DNA of 64,000 bases from Anaeromyxobacteraceae bacterium. Its GTDB lineage: Bacteria; Myxococcota; Myxococcia; Myxococcales; Anaeromyxobacteraceae. Below, one piece after another: positions 63,573 through 64,000 of the stretch (position 1 is the stretch's first letter; each line of letters starts with the position of its first letter). The stretch covers positions 896,001 through 960,000 of the forward strand of contig JAULAX010000015.1 of assembly GCA_032654565.1 (NCBI GenBank), given 5' to 3'. The position numbers were made by a program, and so were the translations under genes. The notes beneath the pieces were generated by a model that was not told where the DNA came from, ran no database searches, and saw only the letters and a list, made by a program, of their open reading frames with translations.

Positions 63573-64000
63573 CTAGACCGTCACCTTGGGCAGGTGGGAC
63601 AGCGACTCCTTCACCTTCTCGGCCGGGTACTCGTAGTCCACCAGCTTGCCGGCCAGGTAGTCGTCGTAGGCGACCATGTCGACGTGGCCGTGGCCGGAGA
63701 GGTTGAAGAGGATGGTGCGGGGCTTCCCCTCGGCCTTGGCGGCCAGGGCCTCGTCGATGGCGCCGCGGATGGCGTGCGACGACTCCGGCGCCGGGATGAT
63801 GGCCTCGGTGCGGGCGAAGGTGACCGCCGCCTCGAAGCAGGAGAGCTGGCCGACGGCGCGGGCCTCGATGAGGCCGTGGTGGAGCAGCTGCGAGACCAGC
63901 GGCGAGGCGCCGTGGTAGCGCAGGCCGCCGGCGTGGATGCCGGGCGGCATGAAGTCGTGGCCGAGGGTGTGCATCTTGACCACCGGCGCCATCCTGGCGG
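63573..64000 (-). CDS. trpB2: TrpB2-type tryptophan synthase beta-like PLP enzyme, 3' part
   Basis: [38 protein letters not shown]. Confidence 0.9.
   Translation of the reverse strand, partial: ARMAPVVKMHTLGHDFMPPGIHAGGLRYHGASPLVSQLLHHGLIEARAVGQLSCFEAAVTFARTEAIIPAPESSHAIRGAIDEALAAKAEGKPRTILFNLSGHGHVDMVAYDDYLAGKLVDYEYPAEKVKESLSHLPKVTV

Overview
High-GC bacterial chromosome segment, probably Anaeromyxobacter-like Myxococcota (inferred from dcw gene order with a STAS gene after mraZ, doubled-CXXCH cytochromes and the HNH family present). 1-23.4 kb: division/cell-wall (dcw) cluster on the minus strand (mraZ to the 5' end of ftsZ), interrupted between ddl and ftsQ by a 5.8-kb plus-strand block encoding a triheme and a decaheme c-type cytochrome, three paralogous secreted Cys-less thioredoxin-fold/TPR proteins and a frameshifted HNH-nuclease gene. 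23.5-62.4 kb: an anaerobic aromatic-catabolism region with 4-hydroxybenzoyl-CoA reductase-like hcrCAB plus Moco maturation genes, class I benzoyl-CoA reductase bcrCBAD with had/oah/dch, glutaryl-CoA dehydrogenase, beta-oxidation genes, a BadL/BadM-like GNAT/Rrf2 pair and an iorAB-paaK-ACT-liv-paaK operon. Most notable is an operon upstream of hcrCAB: a ketopantoate-reductase domain fused to a 2-hydroxyacyl-CoA dehydratase/BcrB-like subunit that has lost all three Fe-S cysteines, an intact paralogue, two activator ATPases and a CoA ligase. It may encode an undescribed arylpyruvate to aryllactyl-CoA to cinnamoyl-CoA to benzoyl-CoA funnel. A shared ~31-bp motif lies upstream of three aromatic operons. 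The window ends with a predicted outer-membrane protein and the 3' part of a TrpB2 gene. All calls come from motif recognition by eye; no database searches were run.
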